Of a stretch of DNA of 64,000 nt, positions 59,938-64,000 are shown in pieces (within the stretch, counting starts at the first letter, position 1; the number at the start of each line of letters is the position of its first letter). Source of the DNA: Methyloceanibacter sp. (GTDB lineage: Bacteria; Pseudomonadota; Alphaproteobacteria; Rhizobiales; Methyloligellaceae); NCBI GenBank assembly GCA_049801475.1, contig JBARKP010000049.1:10265-74264 (forward strand). The letters run 5' to 3'. The position numbers and the translations under genes are program-made. The notes below the pieces were generated by a model that saw only the letters and a program-made list of their open reading frames with translations, made no database searches and was not told the origin of the DNA.

Positions 59938-61115
59938 CGCCCACCTCGCCTAGCCGCTAACTGGGCGGCTCTAAGCTGTTGGGCAGCGCGTAGGCTTCCG
60001 GTGGCATCCAGCTTCGCATTCGCAGCTTTGAGTCCGTATTCGCGATCGCTGATGCCACTTCCAGCAACTCCTGGCCTCTGAACAGTCGGCGGCACCGGAC
60101 GAGCAGTGCTCCGCATCTTTCTGGCTTGCGCGTCACGGTAGGCAGCCAGAATAAGTTCTTGCCCAAACGCGGTTCGCATCGCTGGAACACCACCTTGATT
60201 GTAGGCCCAATCGAGCCATCGGCCGGCTTCATCAGGCGAGCGTGCTACTCCATGCGTCACAAGTTGGTCGCACATCCACTCTGCAACGCCATTCCGGATC
60301 GCGGCGGCGGTCTTCGCATCGCGAAAGATCTCCGGGTGCGCGGCAGTTACCTTTTGATCTTCTACCGCGGCAGCCTGTTGGAACTGTGTGTGAGCTTGGT
60401 GCTGTGCGTAGCCTTGTTCGACCTGTTGGTTGGCCTGCAGGAGTCTCAACGCCCAAGCGGCTCGACCTGGATCGACCTGGTTCAGGCGCTCAAGGTCAGC
60501 GGCCGAGTTTGGGTTTATGTCCCTTAGGTCGCGATCCCAAAGCTGCTGAAGTGTCGCCTTGTCTTGCTGAAATGTTTGCGGATTTGAGTTAGCAATCCGC
60601 GCCATCTGCTCCCGGCGCTGCTCAGCCTCTGCCTCTGCGTTCAACCGCTCGCTGTGTGCAACAGCCGCTGCAGCACGCTCCCGCATCGCCTGCGCCTCGG
60701 CCCGCGCCTGAGGATCGGTAAGGCGCTGCCGAAGCTCTTCGTCACTTAGGCCTGCGTCCTCGCGGCCGCGGGTATAGCTCTCCTCGAGTAAGCGCCTAGC
60801 TTCAGCCTGCACATCGTCAGGAGCCTCATCGCCGCGCAATGCGGCCTGCAGTTTCGCGGCCTCCTCAGCCTGAGCCTGCCGCTTGTCGGTGATCGCGGCT
60901 GCGGCATCCTTGATGCTGATGCCTTTTTCAATTCCCAATTCCTCATCACGAATGTCGGGCAAGGCATCGGCCCGGACTTGCTCGATCGGGCCCTCGTAAG
61001 TGTTTCGGTGCGCCTCGACGGCCGCCGATATGCCGGCTGCATCTGACCCGAAGTCTGGCTGCGGGTCAGATGGCACCGACGGTGGCTGTAATTGCGTCGT
61101 TAGTTCTTCTGCCAT
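59934..61115 (-). CDS. Hypothetical coiled-coil protein (393 aa)
   Basis: Long Ala/Glu/Gln/Arg-rich helical region (AEARRLLEES..., RAEAQAMRERAAAAVAHSERLNAEAEAEQRREQ). No domain recognised. Confidence 0.55.
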   Translation of the reverse strand: MAEELTTQLQPPSVPSDPQPDFGSDAAGISAAVEAHRNTYEGPIEQVRADALPDIRDEELGIEKGISIKDAAAAITDKRQAQAEEAAKLQAALRGDEAPDDVQAEARRLLEESYTRGREDAGLSDEELRQRLTDPQARAEAQAMRERAAAAVAHSERLNAEAEAEQRREQMARIANSNPQTFQQDKATLQQLWDRDLRDINPNSAADLERLNQVDPGRAAWALRLLQANQQVEQGYAQHQAHTQFQQAAAVEDQKVTAAHPEIFRDAKTAAAIRNGVAEWMCDQLVTHGVARSPDEAGRWLDWAYNQGGVPAMRTAFGQELILAAYRDAQARKMRSTARPVPPTVQRPGVAGSGISDREYGLKAANAKLDATGSLRAAQQLRAAQLAARRGGR

Positions 61116-61120
61116 CGTTT

Positions 61121-61303
61121 TTAAGCCGCTCTGTTGAGTTTAACGCCATCGGCCTCAAGGGCCCGTAACAGCATTTGGCGGCAATACTCGGGGACGGTCA
61201 TCTGGCGCCTGTGCGCTGCAATTTTGGCAGCGGCCGGGAAGGTATAAGGGACCATGATTGTGAGCTGGTCCCAGAAATTCTCAGCAGTCGATTTTCTAGC
61301 CAT
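61121..61303 (-). CDS. Small ribbon-helix-helix (CopG/Arc-like) protein (60 aa)
   Basis: LTIMVPYTFPAAAKIAAHRRQMTVPEYCRQMLLRALEA fits a beta-strand/helix/helix RHH layout. Confidence 0.45.
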   Translation of the reverse strand: MARKSTAENFWDQLTIMVPYTFPAAAKIAAHRRQMTVPEYCRQMLLRALEADGVKLNRAA

Positions 61304-61407
61304 GCGCGGTTTTTCCTTTCTACTATATGTAAATCAAAGCTGAAGTTGCTCAATTCGCCAAGTAAATTGGCAGAATTCAGCCATTACTTGATGTCCCACC
61401 TGGGACA

Positions 61408-61773
61408 CTATCGATTGTGGCGTTGCTTGATATAATCCGGCACGTCTGGACCGTCGTAACGACGAATCATCTTAACGCGCGGCCTTTTCTGCCACTTATA
61501 GGTCTGGCTCTTCTTGGGCGGGGATGGCTTTCTCGCTTCAAGGATCATGGGGATAGTTCTGCCGCCCCGACAGACGTCCTCTGTGAAGGCTTCATAGGCT
61601 CTCGCAATTGCTGCTTTGTCCTCTAGGTCTTCCTCGGCCAACAGTCCGTGGAGCATGAGAGTGCTGGCAAGAGCATCAGGAACCTCGATCTGAAGGATTG
61701 TCCGCCCGTCTTTCTGACGCTGACGCCAGTCCGCCTTCCTCTTGGCGTCACGGGCCCGCCGATCGTCGGTCAC
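61408..61773 (-). CDS. Hypothetical basic protein (121 aa)
   Basis: Basic N-terminus (RRARDAKRKADWRQRQKDGR) then ILQIEVPDALASTLMLHGLL, which may be RHH-like. 4-nt overlap with the upstream gene. Confidence 0.45.
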   Translation of the reverse strand: MTDDRRARDAKRKADWRQRQKDGRTILQIEVPDALASTLMLHGLLAEEDLEDKAAIARAYEAFTEDVCRGGRTIPMILEARKPSPPKKSQTYKWQKRPRVKMIRRYDGPDVPDYIKQRHNR

Positions 61774-62015
61774 TTCACCACCTTGACGAATAACCGCTCC
61801 GCACGGTCACGAGCGGCACGCCGTTGGCGCAGCTCTTGTGCATCAATGACCTCGGCGCGTCGCTGTGGTGACGGCGCATTGCGGTTCGGGGAGTCGTTCT
61901 GCTGCAGCCACGCCCTGGCGGAATCGGTGAGATAGACGGCATCGTCGCCGTCATCGGTGGCCTTGGGGTACATCGTGGAATAGACGATGGGGCTAGTCCG
62001 GCGGTCGCGCTTCAT
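61770..62015 (-). CDS. Hypothetical protein (81 aa)
   Basis: ORF with 4-nt overlaps at both ends. Confidence 0.4.
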   Translation of the reverse strand: MKRDRRTSPIVYSTMYPKATDDGDDAVYLTDSARAWLQQNDSPNRNAPSPQRRAEVIDAQELRQRRAARDRAERLFVKVVK

Positions 62016-62449
62016 ACCGCGCTGTCGGGGGAAGGCTTGGGCTTAAGCCTCAGAGACTCGTCCCTGAGCGGCGCATGGGGGTCGCCGTCGCCACTTTGGG
62101 AATGGTTATCAGGTACGCCGCAATGATCGCACGGCCCGCTCCCCTGTGGTGGCGGAGAGCAAAACCAGCACACCCATCCGCGGGGATCATGCTCAGCGTG
62201 GAACTTTGGGTAACGCCAGAATTCCCCCAGACCGCAGCTAGGACAGCCCCCGCAGGGGATGCCATCGGCGTCGAAGGGAGGGATTACGCTTTTGGAAATA
62301 CGCCTACCCTTGGCACCTTCAAAACCTTCAAAAGGGGGGGGCATTCCCTCTCTCTGCAACCCCTGGGGAGCTTTTGAGGGTTTTGAGGGTTTGGCGGGGC
62401 GGACTCCATTGGTCTCAGCCCGCAGCATGTCCAGATATTTGCCCATCAT
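62012..62449 (-). CDS. Cys-rich zinc-ribbon protein (145 aa) with short tandem peptide repeats
   Basis: CGGCPSCG...WVCWFCSPP...PCDHCG Cys clusters. N-terminal KPSKPSK and FEGFEG are encoded by 9-bp tandem repeats, alongside a C8 tract encoding PPP. Confidence 0.55.
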   Translation of the reverse strand: MMGKYLDMLRAETNGVRPAKPSKPSKAPQGLQREGMPPPFEGFEGAKGRRISKSVIPPFDADGIPCGGCPSCGLGEFWRYPKFHAEHDPRGWVCWFCSPPPQGSGPCDHCGVPDNHSQSGDGDPHAPLRDESLRLKPKPSPDSAV

Positions 62450-62552
62450 CTTTCTCCGTCACGGACTGCGACCAAAGCGACATAAGCGACAAAAGCCCCT
62501 TTGTTCTCGTCCCAACCACCCCTTTGGTCGCTTTGGTCGCTTTCGTCGCAAC

Positions 62553-63986
62553 TCATAGCGCAAACCATGTCTCGACCGGCCGACCGCCGCTGGCGCGTTG
62601 TTCACACCTGGCTTTGCCCTTTTTCAGTAGCTCGGCGAGGGAGGCGCTAATGCGCTCTCCGCTTTGATGCCGTCCAAATAGGTCGCGAATTACCGTCCGG
62701 GTCATACCCTCCGAAGCCGCCGATTGCAGCGCCTGGTAGATCTCGTCCATGACCGGATCGCCGGTAGCATTGCCGAAGACGCGTCTGGCCGAAGCCTCGC
62801 AGTACGTCCAGACGGCAAGACCGGCTTCCAGATGCGACTGGCCGATCTTCACTTTCCCCTCGAGGAGCGCATAGATCATGGCTAACCGGACGGCCTGCGC
62901 CTCGGCTCTCGCGGTGATCGCGCCTAGCAGTCCCGGCTTGTCGGCGGACAGACTGCTGTAGCTGTCGCTCCAAAGTTCCCTAGCGTCGTCGTCCATTACG
63001 ATCTTGGGGCATTCCCTAGGTAGAGACTTGAGCGTCGTATTCAGTCTCTCGCCGAGGTGCTCGATCTCACTGTCTGTTAGGTCGCCGCCGAAAGGCAGCT
63101 CCTTGCTGCGCTTCACGAGCGCGAACAGGAAGCGATTGCCGAACCCATTGGCAATATCCGTGCGAGTAAGGCGCGCCCTAAGCTCGGTCTCGGTGATATG
63201 GCCAATGATGGAGATATGAGCGCCAGTCGCGGTAAGCGGCGAGGCTCTTGTCATCGTCGAGAGCTTGTTGCCGTCCCATGCCTTCCGCAGGACCGGAGAA
63301 AGGGTATTGCCGTGACGCTCCATTACCGAGAGCGCGCCGGCGAACTCCGGCTCGATGATCATCAATCTCTTATCTGTCACTCCAGGATCAACAACTTCCG
63401 CCGTCTGATCCTTAACGTTCCACTTGCTCACCGCGTCGCGGACTTCGTTGATCAGCCCCTCGCCCGAGGAGAGCCCCCCTTTCGTCCTATCGTCGGCCCA
63501 CGCCTGATCGACAAGCTTCACCACCAACGAAACGCGTCCGTAGCTCGTGCCCTTTCTGGCCTTGGCAGTCTCGCCGACAAGGACAGAGAAAAGGTTGGCA
63601 TGATGCCGATCCGATTCCACTTGGTAGTAGAAGTCCCGGCCGATGACGTTGCCGGAGCATGTAAGGGTCTGGATAAGGAGCGCGACTTTGTCGGCCTCAC
63701 TGTGCGGCGATATGGTGGTAACGATCTCGCCAGCAAGGCCGTGGTAAGCCGCATCGGCCATGTGCGGCCATGTGGACTCTGCCTTATCCTGGCTAGGCGT
63801 TTCCGCTTCCTGTGCCGCACCCCGCTGCTTAGTTGCCTCCTCCGGCGGGATATCGTTGTTGAAGGCGTTTTCAGCGTCGCGCTGAAGCGCAGCTATATCA
63901 ATCTGGACGACATTATTAGGGTCACGGTTAGCGCGCGCCTCACCATGCCACGTTGGACGCCAATGTCTTTGTTGCCATCTACTCAA
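62553..63986 (-). CDS. DUF3987 (YfjI-like, P4-alpha helicase-region-like) protein
   Basis: AAYHGLAGEIVTTISPHSEADKVALLIQTLTCSGNVIGRDFYYQVESDRHHANLFSVLVGETAKARKGTS...GGLSSGEGLINEVRD...RLMIIEPEF is the characteristic DUF3987 block found in prophage/satellite replication modules. Confidence 0.75.
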   Translation of the reverse strand: MSRWQQRHWRPTWHGEARANRDPNNVVQIDIAALQRDAENAFNNDIPPEEATKQRGAAQEAETPSQDKAESTWPHMADAAYHGLAGEIVTTISPHSEADKVALLIQTLTCSGNVIGRDFYYQVESDRHHANLFSVLVGETAKARKGTSYGRVSLVVKLVDQAWADDRTKGGLSSGEGLINEVRDAVSKWNVKDQTAEVVDPGVTDKRLMIIEPEFAGALSVMERHGNTLSPVLRKAWDGNKLSTMTRASPLTATGAHISIIGHITETELRARLTRTDIANGFGNRFLFALVKRSKELPFGGDLTDSEIEHLGERLNTTLKSLPRECPKIVMDDDARELWSDSYSSLSADKPGLLGAITARAEAQAVRLAMIYALLEGKVKIGQSHLEAGLAVWTYCEASARRVFGNATGDPVMDEIYQALQSAASEGMTRTVIRDLFGRHQSGERISASLAELLKKGKARCEQRASGGRPVETWFAL

Positions 63987-64000
63987 GCTGCTCTCCTGCC

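Larger units (their letters stand above)
51240..64000. mobile_element. Integrated mobile element / degraded prophage-satellite-like island (right end beyond window)
   Basis: GC falls abruptly right after 51231 (stretches near 53.1 kb are ~45% by eye against ~65% in the core). Contents are orphan ORFs, phage-gene fragments and a DUF3987 protein. An imperfect ~50-bp direct repeat occurs at 51277 and 52420. Confidence 0.75.

Noticed and set aside
62316-62389. CRISPR-like or other arrayed repeats anywhere in the window.
   Set aside because: Only 2-3-copy short tandem repeats were seen (9-12 bp, at 84-114, 13748-13763, 58109-58131 and 62316-62389). None has repeat-spacer architecture and no cas genes are present.

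Overview
This is a high-GC (roughly 63-66% by eye) alphaproteobacterial, Rhizobiales-like chromosome segment in two parts. (1) Positions ~1-51.2 kb are conserved core genome. They carry ptsP, lysC, ubiG, a persulfide-dioxygenase/rhodanese fusion, three L,D-transpeptidases, the grxC/nitrilase-like/DUF1178 cluster, argJ, mutT, a parvulin PPIase and secA. They also carry accA, xerD, aroK-aroB, corC, bolA, a J-domain gene, cobS-cobT, rpmB, a Suv3-like helicase, fdxA, carD and tRNA-Arg(CCU). The core ends in a beta-oxidation / ethylmalonyl-CoA block: hbd, etfAB, a PduO-type adenosyltransferase, a large acyl-CoA dehydrogenase, ccr and ecm. (2) Positions ~51.24 kb to the window end are a visibly lower-GC mobile element. 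It holds prophage debris, a cargo stretch of orphan membrane or secreted proteins, and a long tightly coupled leftward operon. In that operon I recognise only a DUF3987 (YfjI / P4-alpha-like) protein, a Cys-rich zinc-ribbon protein, an RHH protein and an integrase-N-terminal-like domain. No integrase, capsid or tail genes are present in the window. A second theme is gene decay in the core. arsR is broken by a perfect 8-bp tandem duplication. comF, a phytase-like esterase gene and an S4/Hsp15-like gene each carry several frameshifts. An SDR gene has lost its catalytic core. All long essential genes remain intact. I saw no CRISPR array and no rRNA. I cannot name a known defence or secretion system; the best candidates for new biology are the orphan modules inside the island. 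All functional calls come from reading the translated ORFs, with no database search.
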